From contig JBFLWY010000012.1 in assembly GCA_040757355.1 (NCBI GenBank), positions 204 to 64,203 on the forward strand: 64,000 bases of DNA. Direction: 5' to 3'. The position numbers and the translations under genes are program-made. Each line of letters begins with the position of its first letter. Position 1 is the first letter of the stretch. Source of the DNA: Bacillota bacterium (GTDB taxonomy: Bacteria > Bacillota > Desulfotomaculia > Desulfotomaculales > Ammonificaceae). Shown in pieces: positions 26,289 to 35,505 of the stretch. The notes beneath the pieces were generated by a model, which was not told the DNA's origin, searched no databases, and saw nothing but the letters and a program-made list of their open reading frames with translations.

Positions 26289-26317
26289 ATTATAAAAAGG
26301 TGTTCAGACTATGTCAA
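26289..26317 (-). promoter_or_regulatory. consensus sigma-A promoter upstream of greA
   Basis: The minus strand reads TTGACA (26317-26312), exactly 17 nt, then TATAAT (26294-26289). Both hexamers are perfect. The ~155-nt leader contains the hairpin GCACUGCG/CGCAGUGC (26235-26265). Confidence 0.7.
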
Positions 26318-26343
26318 GACGCCGCAATCACTCACTTAAAATC

Positions 26344-27438
26344 TCACCTGATACGCGTCAATACCGCCCGGCTTCCCAGCCTGGCTGCATCCTTGATGCG
26401 TTCTATTGCACCCGCATCGATCGCTTTTTCGAAACTCCGGAAGCCGGCCAGTTTAAAACCGTGCTTCTTCGCAAGAGCCGCTATCTCCTCCACCTTTTCG
26501 GCGGTGAGTTCCCTGCCTAACGTAAACGATTCATACCGCCGTTCAAGGGCCAGGATCATCGTTTCCACCATGCACGCATAAGCGGTCTTGGGAGGAAAGC
26601 CAAAATTAAAGTTAAAATTAACATCGCCGGGCACCGCCACCACGCCCCCTTCAATCACAAGCACATCCGGCCTCTCGGTAGCCACGCGCCGGGAGACATC
26701 GCGTGGCCGTGCTACATCGCATACCACGGCCCCCGGTTTCAGGTACTCCGGCTCGATTACCGTGTCCAGAGCACTTGTAACCGTAATGACGACATCGGCG
26801 TCCTTTAATGCTGTTCTGACATCTGTAGAGATCTTAGCCGCCAGCCCGCTCCGGTAGAGGATGCGGTCTGCCACAGGCTCCAGTTTATGCACGTTCCGTC
26901 CTACGAGGGTGAGCACCCGGGCTTCACGGCTCAAAAGTTCGGCGCAGACCCGCCCTATTGATCCGGTTGCCCCAACCACGGCTATAGATGCTTCACGAAG
27001 ATCGTGTCCCATCAACCGCGCCGCTTCTTTCGTCCCTTCCACCGCCGTGGCCACCGTATAGCTGTTTCCCGTCGTTACCGGTATATTTAACCGCTTTGCA
27101 ACGCTGATACCTGCATCACCGGCGACCTTGGTAAACGCGCCCAAACCCAATATCTTTGCGCCCAATCGTTCCGCCAGCCGCCCGGCGCGGACGATCTTTT
27201 CAACCACATAACCGTCCGGAAGGGTCAATAGCTGCCTTGCGGTCAACGGGCAGGAGACAAACCACCCTTCGGCTTCCGCATACGGTGACCGCACCCCGGT
27301 GATATGCGCCACCTTCATAGTAGGTAAATACTTGAGGGCCCCTTCCACAACGCGGTCCGGGAGAAACCGGGTAAAGGGAAATTTGCGCGCAACATCCCTG
27401 GCATCAAGGGGGTGGACCACAAACGCAAAGCTCTCCAT
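26344..27438 (-). CDS. NAD(P)-dependent oxidoreductase homologous to cyanobacterial long-chain acyl-ACP reductase (AAR family; often annotated shikimate-dehydrogenase-like)
   Basis: By my recollection it is collinear with Synechococcus AAR: GLGAFTKV ~ GGFTSI, TTGNSYTVA ~ TTGNTHTAY, VAVVGATGSIG ~ VAVVGATGDIG, YACMVETMILALE ~ FACFAEAMLLEFE, and TAEKVEEIAALAKKHGF ~ TIEKMEAIGEASVRHGF. Confidence 0.7.
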   Translation of the reverse strand: MESFAFVVHPLDARDVARKFPFTRFLPDRVVEGALKYLPTMKVAHITGVRSPYAEAEGWFVSCPLTARQLLTLPDGYVVEKIVRAGRLAERLGAKILGLGAFTKVAGDAGISVAKRLNIPVTTGNSYTVATAVEGTKEAARLMGHDLREASIAVVGATGSIGRVCAELLSREARVLTLVGRNVHKLEPVADRILYRSGLAAKISTDVRTALKDADVVITVTSALDTVIEPEYLKPGAVVCDVARPRDVSRRVATERPDVLVIEGGVVAVPGDVNFNFNFGFPPKTAYACMVETMILALERRYESFTLGRELTAEKVEEIAALAKKHGFKLAGFRSFEKAIDAGAIERIKDAARLGSRAVLTRIR

Positions 27439-27481
27439 TGTTTACCTCCGCATATAACGCCTTAACACATCCTATCAGGAA

Positions 27482-28450
27482 CTAACCCGACCGGGCAAGA
27501 TAGAACCTGTGAAGCAGCCCTTTGACAGCTTCAAAGCTTCCTGCGCGGTAGAGAGACTCCCTGAACCGGGTTGCCGCTTTCAAGCCCCGGGTATACCAGT
27601 CCACGTGCCGCCTCATCCTGCAAAGTGCCCTCTCCCCCTCAAAGGCGAGAAGCATCTCGCAGTGTTTGAGGGCCGCCGCAACCTTTTCCTCCAGCGACGG
27701 GGGAGGCGGCACCCGCCCCCCGGCAAAATACTCGCGGCAGGCAGTAAAAATCCACGGATTGCCGAGTGCACCGCGCCCGATCATGACCGCGTCACAACCG
27801 GTCTCCGCAAACATCCTGGCCGCATCCTCCGGTGCACGTACGTCACCGTTACCGATAACGGGTATTCCCACAGCACGCTTAACATCCGCGATAACCTGCC
27901 AGTCAGCGCAGCCGCTGAAAAACTGGCTCCGGTACCTGCCATGAACGGTCACCGCTGCGGCCCCCGCGTCCGCCACCGCCCGCGCAACGGCTACGGCTCC
28001 GGGGGAGTTCTCGTCCCAGCCGCGCCGCATCTTAGCCGTTACCGGAACCCTGATCCTTCGTTCTACTGCTGCGACGACTCTGGCAGCCAGTCCCGGGGCA
28101 CGCATCAGCGCGGCCCCGGCTCCCCACTTGACTACGTGCGATACCGGACAACCCATATTGATATCAATGGCGGCCGCTCCGGCCGCCTCCGCCACTATTG
28201 CCGCCTCCGCCATTTCTTCCGGATCTGAACCGAAGAGTTGTACCACCACTCCGTTCTCTCCCCGGAGATCCAGGGTATAATCCTTAGCGGAAAGCAAAGA
28301 CGGCGCCGCGATCATTTCGGTCCAGGTGAGCCGTGCACCGTATTCCCCCGCTATCAGCCTGAAGGCCTTGTCGCTGACACCGGCCATAGGAGCAGCTACA
28401 ACCGGGAAACCGGGACCAAGGAGTGCTTCAAAGCTGCTGGTTACGCTCAT
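27482..28450 (-). CDS. dusB: tRNA-dihydrouridine synthase
   Basis: PMAGVSDKAFR and IDINMGCP motifs in a TIM-barrel flavoenzyme pattern. 322 aa. Confidence 0.9.
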   Translation of the reverse strand: MSVTSSFEALLGPGFPVVAAPMAGVSDKAFRLIAGEYGARLTWTEMIAAPSLLSAKDYTLDLRGENGVVVQLFGSDPEEMAEAAIVAEAAGAAAIDINMGCPVSHVVKWGAGAALMRAPGLAARVVAAVERRIRVPVTAKMRRGWDENSPGAVAVARAVADAGAAAVTVHGRYRSQFFSGCADWQVIADVKRAVGIPVIGNGDVRAPEDAARMFAETGCDAVMIGRGALGNPWIFTACREYFAGGRVPPPPSLEEKVAAALKHCEMLLAFEGERALCRMRRHVDWYTRGLKAATRFRESLYRAGSFEAVKGLLHRFYLARSG

Positions 28451-29198
28451 AAATCAGGCGCAGCCCCGTGAGGGTTAAAAAGGGATCGATTTGCCGAATG
28501 GTTTTGCTCTCCCGGGCTATCAGCCCGGCCATTCCGCCGGTGGCCACCACCTGCACCTCGTCCTTGAGTTCGGCACGTATCCGTTTTACAATCTCGTCAA
28601 CCATACCGGCGAAACCAAAAACAATTCCCGATTGCATACTGTGAACCGTATTCCTCCCTATGACGGTCGGCGGCGGCACCAGATCAACTCTTGGGAGCCG
28701 TGCCGCTCTTGAAAACAGCGCCTCGCAGGAAATACCTACACCGGGAGCAATCACACCTCCGAGGTACTCCCCCTTTGCAGAAACGACATCGAAAGTGATG
28801 GCCGTGCCGAAATCTACAATGATCAGCGGACCTCCATAGAGAGTATAGCCCGCTGCAGCATTCACTACCCTGTCAGCGCCGACCTCCCGGGGATTCTCGT
28901 ACTTTACCGGCACACCGGTACGGGTCCCCGGACCGATGAAGAATACCTGCTGCCCGAAGTACCGCCGGCACATTTCCTCAACCACCTGGTTAAGCGGCGG
29001 CACGACCGAACAGGCGACCACTCCCCGCACCGATTCAGGGCCAAAGCCTTCCTCCCGTAAAAATTGGCGAAAAACGAGCCCCAGCTCGTCGGCTGTCTGT
29101 TCACGCCTGGTAACGAGTCGCCAGGCAACGGCAAGTTGATGCTCCCGGAACAGACCGGCTGTTATGTTGGTATTCCCGACGTCCAACACGAGTATCAA
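28428..29198 (-). CDS. coaX: type III pantothenate kinase
   Basis: MILVLDVGNTNI, DFGTAITFD and GTGGMA-type ASKHA motifs. 256 aa. Confidence 0.92.
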   Translation of the reverse strand: MILVLDVGNTNITAGLFREHQLAVAWRLVTRREQTADELGLVFRQFLREEGFGPESVRGVVACSVVPPLNQVVEEMCRRYFGQQVFFIGPGTRTGVPVKYENPREVGADRVVNAAAGYTLYGGPLIIVDFGTAITFDVVSAKGEYLGGVIAPGVGISCEALFSRAARLPRVDLVPPPTVIGRNTVHSMQSGIVFGFAGMVDEIVKRIRAELKDEVQVVATGGMAGLIARESKTIRQIDPFLTLTGLRLIYERNQQL

Positions 29199-30175
29199 TT
29201 TAGGGTTCCCTCCCTGATCTTTACCTCACCACCGTAAAGCCACCGCTGTTCCCCTGTCGGTAAAGAAAGGAGCAACCTGCCGCCGGCGTCCACATCCAAA
29301 GCATTACCGCTCAAAACCTCTCCAGACGTGGTTTTTACCGTGATTTCCCTCCCCAACAGCGAGAGCCGCTCTTTGTATGCCTCTCGGAAGGGAGCGAACC
29401 CCTCCCTGCACCAGCGGAGGTATTCAGTCTCTATGGTACTGAGGAGTACCGCCAGCAGGCGCGCACGTTCAACCTCCCGCCCGTTGTAGATATGGAGAGA
29501 GGTCGCTTCCTTTGCGAGTTCGGGCGGGAAAGAGGCCACATTGACATTTATCCCGATACCGATGACCGCATAGCAAACCTGTTCGGCCTCAGCGCTGATC
29601 TCGACCAGAACTCCGCCCGTTTTGCGCCTACCCAAGAAAATGTCGTTGGGCCATTTCAAATCGGGTGGCACGCCTGTCAGTTTTTCTATCCCTTTTGCCA
29701 CCATTAACGAGATGAACAGAGGCAACGTCTGGCTCTGAGCGGGAGAAACCCGGGGGCGTAACAGCAGGGAAAACCATAGCCCTCCTCGAGGAGAGTACCA
29801 CAAATTACCCCGCCGGCCCCGCCCCCTTGTCTGTTCCTCCGCTGCAACGACGGTCCCCTGCGGCGCACCCGATTGAGCCAGTTCTCGCGCCACATCGCTG
29901 GTTGAAGATACCGTTTGGTAGAAATAGTAAGGCCGCCCGAAATCGCCGGACAGAACCGGGAGGATGACCGAAGGGAGCAGGAGGTCGGGTACCCTCAGGA
30001 TACGGTAGCCCCGGCCAGTACTCCCCGAAATGACAAAACCCTCCCGGCGTAAAGCCTGAACGTGCTTCCATACCGCCCCCCTAGAAATGTCAAGCTTCTG
30101 ACTGATTTCCGCTCCTGACATAAATCCGTCCGCAGCCAGGAGCCGTGCCAAGACTTTTTCTCTTAACGAATGCAC
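29195..30175 (-). CDS. birA: bifunctional biotin--[acetyl-CoA-carboxylase] ligase / biotin-operon repressor
   Basis: N-terminal winged HTH (FMSGAEISQKLDISRGAVWKHVQALRREG), the biotin-binding loop GRGRRGNLWYSP and a C-terminal SH3-like domain. Confidence 0.92.
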   Translation of the reverse strand: MHSLREKVLARLLAADGFMSGAEISQKLDISRGAVWKHVQALRREGFVISGSTGRGYRILRVPDLLLPSVILPVLSGDFGRPYYFYQTVSSTSDVARELAQSGAPQGTVVAAEEQTRGRGRRGNLWYSPRGGLWFSLLLRPRVSPAQSQTLPLFISLMVAKGIEKLTGVPPDLKWPNDIFLGRRKTGGVLVEISAEAEQVCYAVIGIGINVNVASFPPELAKEATSLHIYNGREVERARLLAVLLSTIETEYLRWCREGFAPFREAYKERLSLLGREITVKTTSGEVLSGNALDVDAGGRLLLSLPTGEQRWLYGGEVKIREGTLN

Positions 30176-30213
30176 TTCCGAGGCCGTACCTCCACGTTTA
30201 GACGGAATATTAA

Positions 30214-31092
30214 TCAGCGGACGGAGCGACGCTCCGGTCCTGGATTGCCGCTTTCCACGATATCCAGCGAGATATCCAGCGCCTTTACCGAATGCGTGAG
30301 CGCCCCGGAAGAAATCAGGTCGACACCGGTAGCCGCCACAGCCCGGACGTTTTCTTCAGTTATCCCGCCTGAAGCCTCAACCACCGCCCGCCCGGCTATC
30401 AGCTCTACCGCTTCCTTCATTATCTCAAGCGGGATGTTGTCAAGCATTATTATGTCCGCACCCGCATCAAGGGCCTCTTGGACTTCGGCAAGGTTTTTGG
30501 CCTCGACTTCGATCTTAAATGTATGCGGTATATTCTCTCTAATAAGCTGCACCGCATTCTTAATCCCGCCGGCGACCCGGATGTGGTTGTCCTTAATCAG
30601 TACCCCGTCGAAAAGACCAAAGCGGTGATTTTTCCCCCCGCCGATTCTCACCGCGTATTTTTCCAGTACCCTTAAGCCCGGGGTAGTCTTGCGGGTATCG
30701 ACAACGACCGCCCGGAAATCTTTTACCAGTTCAACCATCCGCGCTGTTCGTGTCGCGATGCCCGAAAGGTGCCTGATGAAATTCAAAGCAACCCGCTCGG
30801 CGCTCAAGATACTGCGAGCCCGGCCTTCAATAACCGCCAGCACAGTACCGGCGGTAACGGCACTTCCTTCTTTGACACGGAAGATAGTCCTGGCTTCCGG
30901 GTCAAGACGCGAAAAAACCCTTGCTGCTACAGGCAAGCCCGCGATGACCCCGGGCTCTTTTGTAAATATTTCCCCGCTGGCCGTAAGGTGTTCCGGGACC
31001 GTGGTGAAAGTGGTGCGGTCCCCGGAGCCGATGTCCTCGAGCAACGCCCGGTCTATGAGCTCGTCCAGCCTCAAAAACAACTCTTCCGCCAT
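30214..31092 (-). CDS. nadC: nicotinate-nucleotide diphosphorylase (carboxylating)
   Basis: QPRTase pattern (LLEDIGSGDRTT..., DIIMLDN). ATG 31092 begins 2 nt after the nadB stop. The ORF-track start at 31131 would overlap nadB. Confidence 0.92.
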   Translation of the reverse strand: MAEELFLRLDELIDRALLEDIGSGDRTTFTTVPEHLTASGEIFTKEPGVIAGLPVAARVFSRLDPEARTIFRVKEGSAVTAGTVLAVIEGRARSILSAERVALNFIRHLSGIATRTARMVELVKDFRAVVVDTRKTTPGLRVLEKYAVRIGGGKNHRFGLFDGVLIKDNHIRVAGGIKNAVQLIRENIPHTFKIEVEAKNLAEVQEALDAGADIIMLDNIPLEIMKEAVELIAGRAVVEASGGITEENVRAVAATGVDLISSGALTHSVKALDISLDIVESGNPGPERRSVR

Positions 31093-31094
31093 GG

Positions 31095-32675
31095 TTACAC
31101 CTGCCGCCTCAGTATAATGTGCCTTTTCCACCGCTCTTTACTCTCCGGGCAATCCGCACGGTAGTGCGCGCCCCGCGACTCCGTCCGCATCAACGCCGCC
31201 TCTGTAATCAGTTCCGCGACGTCAAGCATATTTCTGTACTCCATCAGTTCCGGCAAAGCCGCTTCTTTCTGGCGCACCCACTCCCACCCTTCAAAACGCC
31301 TCAGCGCCGCCTCGAGTCCGGCGCCTGTCCGAACCGCCCCGACATATTCCTGCATTAAAGCCCGGAGCTCTCCTGCCAGCGCATGGACGTCGAGCCCGTC
31401 AGGGCTCTGAAGACCTTGGTTGGCCGCCGTGGCAGGAGTGCTCTGGGGAGCGTGGACCTGTGCATGTTTGATAATCTGACCCCCGAAGACAAGCCCGTCC
31501 AGAAGCGAGTTGGATGCCAGGCGGTTGGCCCCGTGTACTCCTGCACACGCAACCTCACCGCAAGCATATAGACCGCCGATATTCGTCTCCCCGAAAAGTC
31601 CGGTTTTTACCCCTCCCATGAAGTAATGCGCTGCAGGTGCGACCGGGATGGGATCGCACGCCAAATCCAAACCATAAGTCCTCAGCCGTTGGGTAATCAT
31701 CGGAAAACGCTCTTTGACTTTCGCCGGATCGAGGTGTGCCAGGCTCAAATAAACAAAACCCCGGTCGCTGTCCGCAATCTCCTTCAAAATAGATCGCACC
31801 ACAATATCACGGGGCGCTAACTCCCCAAGGGGGTGGTACCGGAGCATAAAACGCTCTCCCTTAGCGTTTAGGAGAACCCCTCCCTCACCGCGTACCGCCT
31901 CAGAAATCAAGAACCGCGGCGCTCCTTCAAGCGCCAGTACCGTCGGGTGGAACTGCACGAATTCCATATCCATTACTTCCGCGCCGGCCCGGTAAGCAAC
32001 GGCTATTCCGTCACCGGTGACCACCTTGGGGTTGGTGGTATCCTGGTACACCTGCCCGGCGCCGCCGGTGGCTAAGACCACAACCCTGGAACGAAATACT
32101 TTAAGCTTTTTTGACCCGTTGTCATAAGCCAAAACGCCCCAGCATATCCCTTTCTCGGTCAGCAGGTCAACCACGAAGTGGTTTTCCATAACCCTTATCC
32201 GCGGGTTCGTACGCACCGTGGAGGATAGCACGCGCTGGATCTCTGCGCCGGTTGCATCACCCGCAGCATGAAGGATCCGCCGCCTTGTATGTGCTCCCTC
32301 CCTGGTAAGGTCAAACCTGCCGTTTGCCCGGTCAAAGTTGGCACCAAGTTGGATCAACTGCTCCACCCTTGACAAGCCTTCGTTTACCAGTATACGTACC
32401 GCGTCTGAGTCACAGAGCCCCGCCCCCGCAATGAGCGTATCCTCATAATGAAGCGCAGGCGAATCGCTCGGTCCCAGAGCCGCTGCAATTCCTCCCTGCG
32501 CCCTTTCGGTAGCGGTGTCGTCTATGCCCCTTTTCGTCAGCACCACTACGTCGTTCCAAAAACTGCTGGCGATATGCGCTGTGTAAAGACCGGCAATGCC
32601 GCTCCCCAAAATAAGAAAAGCGCACTCGATCGCTTCCAGTTCCTGGGTGTTAAAGTTTGCAAGGTAACGTCTCAC
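31095..32675 (-). CDS. nadB: L-aspartate oxidase
   Basis: FAD-binding GSGIAGL, RAQGGIAA, and the HPT / RGEGG flavoprotein motifs. 526 aa. Confidence 0.95.
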   Translation of the reverse strand: MRRYLANFNTQELEAIECAFLILGSGIAGLYTAHIASSFWNDVVVLTKRGIDDTATERAQGGIAAALGPSDSPALHYEDTLIAGAGLCDSDAVRILVNEGLSRVEQLIQLGANFDRANGRFDLTREGAHTRRRILHAAGDATGAEIQRVLSSTVRTNPRIRVMENHFVVDLLTEKGICWGVLAYDNGSKKLKVFRSRVVVLATGGAGQVYQDTTNPKVVTGDGIAVAYRAGAEVMDMEFVQFHPTVLALEGAPRFLISEAVRGEGGVLLNAKGERFMLRYHPLGELAPRDIVVRSILKEIADSDRGFVYLSLAHLDPAKVKERFPMITQRLRTYGLDLACDPIPVAPAAHYFMGGVKTGLFGETNIGGLYACGEVACAGVHGANRLASNSLLDGLVFGGQIIKHAQVHAPQSTPATAANQGLQSPDGLDVHALAGELRALMQEYVGAVRTGAGLEAALRRFEGWEWVRQKEAALPELMEYRNMLDVAELITEAALMRTESRGAHYRADCPESKERWKRHIILRRQV

Positions 32676-32689
32676 AGGGTTTTCACCCC

Positions 32690-33610
32690 TTAACTAATCG
32701 CCAGCATCCGTTCTACCGCGCGTACCGCGCGTTCCCTAATGCTGTCCGGCACCTCAACCCGTGGTTCAAGGTGCTGGAGGGCCTGAAGAACCTTATCGAG
32801 GGTGATCCGCTTCATATTAGGACAAACTAAACGCGGCGACGCCAAGTGAAACTCCTTGTCCGGGTTCTCTTTACGGAGTTGGTGCAAAAGCCCCTCTTCA
32901 GTAACAATAATAAACTCCCGCGCAGTGCCTTCCCGTGCGAAACGAAGTATGCCGGAAGTGCTCCCCACCTTGTCTGCGAGCGCAAGGACCTCCGGCCGGC
33001 ATTCCGGATGGGCCAGCACCGGAGCCGCAGGGTGTTCTTTTTTTGCCTGGAGGACATCTGCCGGCCTGATCTGATCGTGGACATAACAATATCCATCCCA
33101 GAGAACAATTCGCCGTCCGGGATTCTGCAAGGCTACCCAGTGTCCGAGGTTGCGGTCGGGAACAAACAAAACCGTGCTGTCAGGAGGCAGGCTTTTAACG
33201 ACTTTGGCTCCGTTGGCCGAAGTGCAGACAATGTCGCTTTCCGCTTTAACGGCTGCAGTGGTATTGACGTACGTAACTACTACCGCGCCCTGCAGTTGCT
33301 TTTTTTTGGCCTTCAACGTCTCGGGGGTGATTGTCGCAGCGAGCGGGCAGCCTGCTTCTAAATCAGGTATAATCACTGTCTTGTCGGGTGAAAGCACGGC
33401 CGCCGTTTCCGCCATGAAGTGCACACCGCAAAAAATAAGCACCTTGGCCGGCGTTGTTGCGGCACGGCGGGACAGCTCAAGCGAGTCGCCGATAAAGTCG
33501 GCTATATCCTGAACCTCCGGGGGCTGGTAGTAATGGCTGAGAATCAGGGCAGATCGCTCTTGCTTAAGACGCTGGATTTTCGCTACCAGTTCCCTTTGGG
33601 TTTCGGTCAT
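32690..33610 (-). CDS. nadA: quinolinate synthase
   Basis: 306 aa from ATG 33610 (MTETQRELVAKIQRLKQERSALILSHYYQ). It has the three-domain NadA pattern with conserved Cys (FCGVHFM, CPNM). Confidence 0.92.
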   Translation of the reverse strand: MTETQRELVAKIQRLKQERSALILSHYYQPPEVQDIADFIGDSLELSRRAATTPAKVLIFCGVHFMAETAAVLSPDKTVIIPDLEAGCPLAATITPETLKAKKKQLQGAVVVTYVNTTAAVKAESDIVCTSANGAKVVKSLPPDSTVLFVPDRNLGHWVALQNPGRRIVLWDGYCYVHDQIRPADVLQAKKEHPAAPVLAHPECRPEVLALADKVGSTSGILRFAREGTAREFIIVTEEGLLHQLRKENPDKEFHLASPRLVCPNMKRITLDKVLQALQHLEPRVEVPDSIRERAVRAVERMLAIS

Positions 33611-33681
33611 TTGCCCATCTCTCCGGAAGCCTTGAGTTAAGCTTAATTCTAATTGCGGCACTGGTCTCTGTCAAGAATAGG

Positions 33682-34062
33682 TTACGCCGGGCCGTGAATC
33701 TCTTTACGTCTCACCTCCACGACCCTATTCTCCTCGTCAACCAGGACTATCTTTGGCTGAAAGCTTCGTGCCTCACCGTATGGCACCAGCGCAAACGCCA
33801 TCACGATCACCTTATCCCCCGGCTGCGCCAGCCGGGCGGCTCCTCCGTTAAGGCAAACCATCCCTGACCCGCGAGGTCCGCTTATGGTATAGGTTTCAAA
33901 ACGGGTACCGTTATTTACGTTAACCACCTGTACCCGTTCTCCCGGCAAGATGTCCGCCGCCTCCAGAAGCGCTTCATCTACGGTTATGCTGCCGTTATAG
34001 TCCAGATTAGTTTCGGTCACCTTTGCGCGGTGGACTTTACCGCGCAGCATTACAAGAAGCAT
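33682..34062 (-). CDS. panD: aspartate 1-decarboxylase proenzyme
   Basis: [25 protein letters not shown] carries the Gly-Ser self-cleavage site. 126 aa. The ATG abuts the panC stop. Confidence 0.95.
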   Translation of the reverse strand: MLLVMLRGKVHRAKVTETNLDYNGSITVDEALLEAADILPGERVQVVNVNNGTRFETYTISGPRGSGMVCLNGGAARLAQPGDKVIVMAFALVPYGEARSFQPKIVLVDEENRVVEVRRKEIHGPA

Positions 34063-34920
34063 CTATTCCACCCCAACCACTACGTTATCAATCAGCCTTG
34101 CCCGCCCGAAATACACCGCAACTGCCGCCAGCGCCTCACCCGGCTGGAGCGTATCTACGGGCTTTAGATCCGGCCATTGTAAAACCTCCGCGTAGTCCAA
34201 CCTGGCGAGGGGTTCCGCCGAGATGTTTTCCGTAAGTATGTGTTTCAACCGTGAAGCATCCCGTTCCCCGCTTTTTATTTCCGCCTCCACCAGTTTAAGG
34301 CTCCGGTAAAGCACCGTTGCCGCCCGCCTTTCGTCCTCGTTGAGGTATACGTTACGGGAACTGACCGCCAGCCCGTCGTCTTCCCGGACAGTCGGGTGGG
34401 CTTTAACCCTCACCGGCATGTTCAGATCATGGACCATTTGTTGTATTACCACCACCTGTTGAGCGTCCTTGATACCGAAATAAGCACAGTCCGGTTGAAT
34501 AATGTTGAAAAGCTTGGTTACCACCGTCGCCACTCCACGAAAATGTCCCGGGCGCGAACGCCCGCACAGGACTTCCGTAACGCCGGTTACCTCCACGGAA
34601 GTAGAAAACCCCTCCGGGTACATCTCCTCCACAGCAGGGACAAAAAGCACATCCGTCCCGGCGGTGACGCAGAGTTCTTTATCACGGTCGAGGTCGCGCG
34701 GATAGCTGCGGTAGTCTTCCCGCGGACCAAACTGAAGCGGATTAACAAAGATGCTTACCGCCAAAAGGTCTACCTCAGGATCCTCCTTGGCCGCATGCAT
34801 CAGTGCCTGGTGCCCCTTGTGCAGGAAGCCCATGGTAGGTACAAACCCTATCCGGTTACCTTTCGCCCGTTTTTCTCCTAAATACTGTCGTACCTCAGCG
34901 ATTTTCTCGAAAACTCTCAA
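34063..34920 (-). CDS. panC: pantoate--beta-alanine ligase
   Basis: PTMGFLHKGH (HxGH) motif. TTG 34920 with a G-rich RBS gives 285 aa, the normal PanC length. The 83-codon upstream extension in the ORF track runs through a repeat element. Confidence 0.9.
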   Translation of the reverse strand: MRVFEKIAEVRQYLGEKRAKGNRIGFVPTMGFLHKGHQALMHAAKEDPEVDLLAVSIFVNPLQFGPREDYRSYPRDLDRDKELCVTAGTDVLFVPAVEEMYPEGFSTSVEVTGVTEVLCGRSRPGHFRGVATVVTKLFNIIQPDCAYFGIKDAQQVVVIQQMVHDLNMPVRVKAHPTVREDDGLAVSSRNVYLNEDERRAATVLYRSLKLVEAEIKSGERDASRLKHILTENISAEPLARLDYAEVLQWPDLKPVDTLQPGEALAAVAVYFGRARLIDNVVVGVE

Positions 34921-34999
34921 CCCCGACCCCCCCGCAAAATAGTAAGTATACCAATCTAGTCGCAAACTTACGAGGCCGCTGCCGTTTATCACTAAGTCG

Positions 35000-35096
35000 C
35001 CCAGCACACAGTTGATATTCTCTGTCGGGTTATCGAACCTATTTTCACATGCACCATTTATCCTGCGTAGCTCAATTCCTACTCTGAGTGCTGGGG
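35000..35096. repeat. family-A element (CCCAGCACACAG ... CTGAGTGCTGGGG)
   Basis: Inverted 12-13-nt boxes at 35000-35011 and 35084-35096 with one mismatch and a 72-nt variable core, in the panB-panC spacer. Confidence 0.8.
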
Positions 35097-35271
35097 AGTA
35101 CCGGTTACGCGACACGGCGAAGGTGAGGTCAGCGAACAGGCTGCGTGAGTGCGCCGGTACGGGCACCACTCAAAGTTCTGGAGAAACTTGTACTCAATAA
35201 GTACCTTTTGGTCACTCATCCCTCACGCGCTTAGGAGCGCAGCCGCAGTTCGCTCCGAACCAAGCCGATGT

Positions 35272-35373
35272 CCCAGCACTCAGTGTTAGACCTACCGTAG
35301 AAAACAAAACCGATTTCGAGTTCAGAGTGCAAGCTTTGCCTGCCCGTCGATATAATACTTACTGAGTGCCGGG
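35272..35373. repeat. family-A element (CCCAGCACTCAG ... CTGAGTGCCGGG)
   Basis: Boxes lie at 35272-35283 and 35362-35373. The single difference is A.C on the plus strand but G.U on the minus-strand transcript. Confidence 0.8.
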
Positions 35374-35505
35374 CCGTGGGATAACGGCAGAGAGGCCATT
35401 TTCATTTCGTTGTGCGGCTTGCCGCATGCGGCACTCCTCCGAAAAGGACTATTCCACCAACAACAACCAACCACTCGATCCCTATGATCACAAAACAACA
35501 CCCGG

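Noticed and set aside
34921-35169. 5' extension of the panC ORF (the 368-aa version in the ORF track)
   Set aside because: The extra 83 codons run through a family-A repeat element and have no PanC-like sequence. They would make PanC ~80 aa too long. A TTG with a G-rich RBS at 34920 gives the canonical length.
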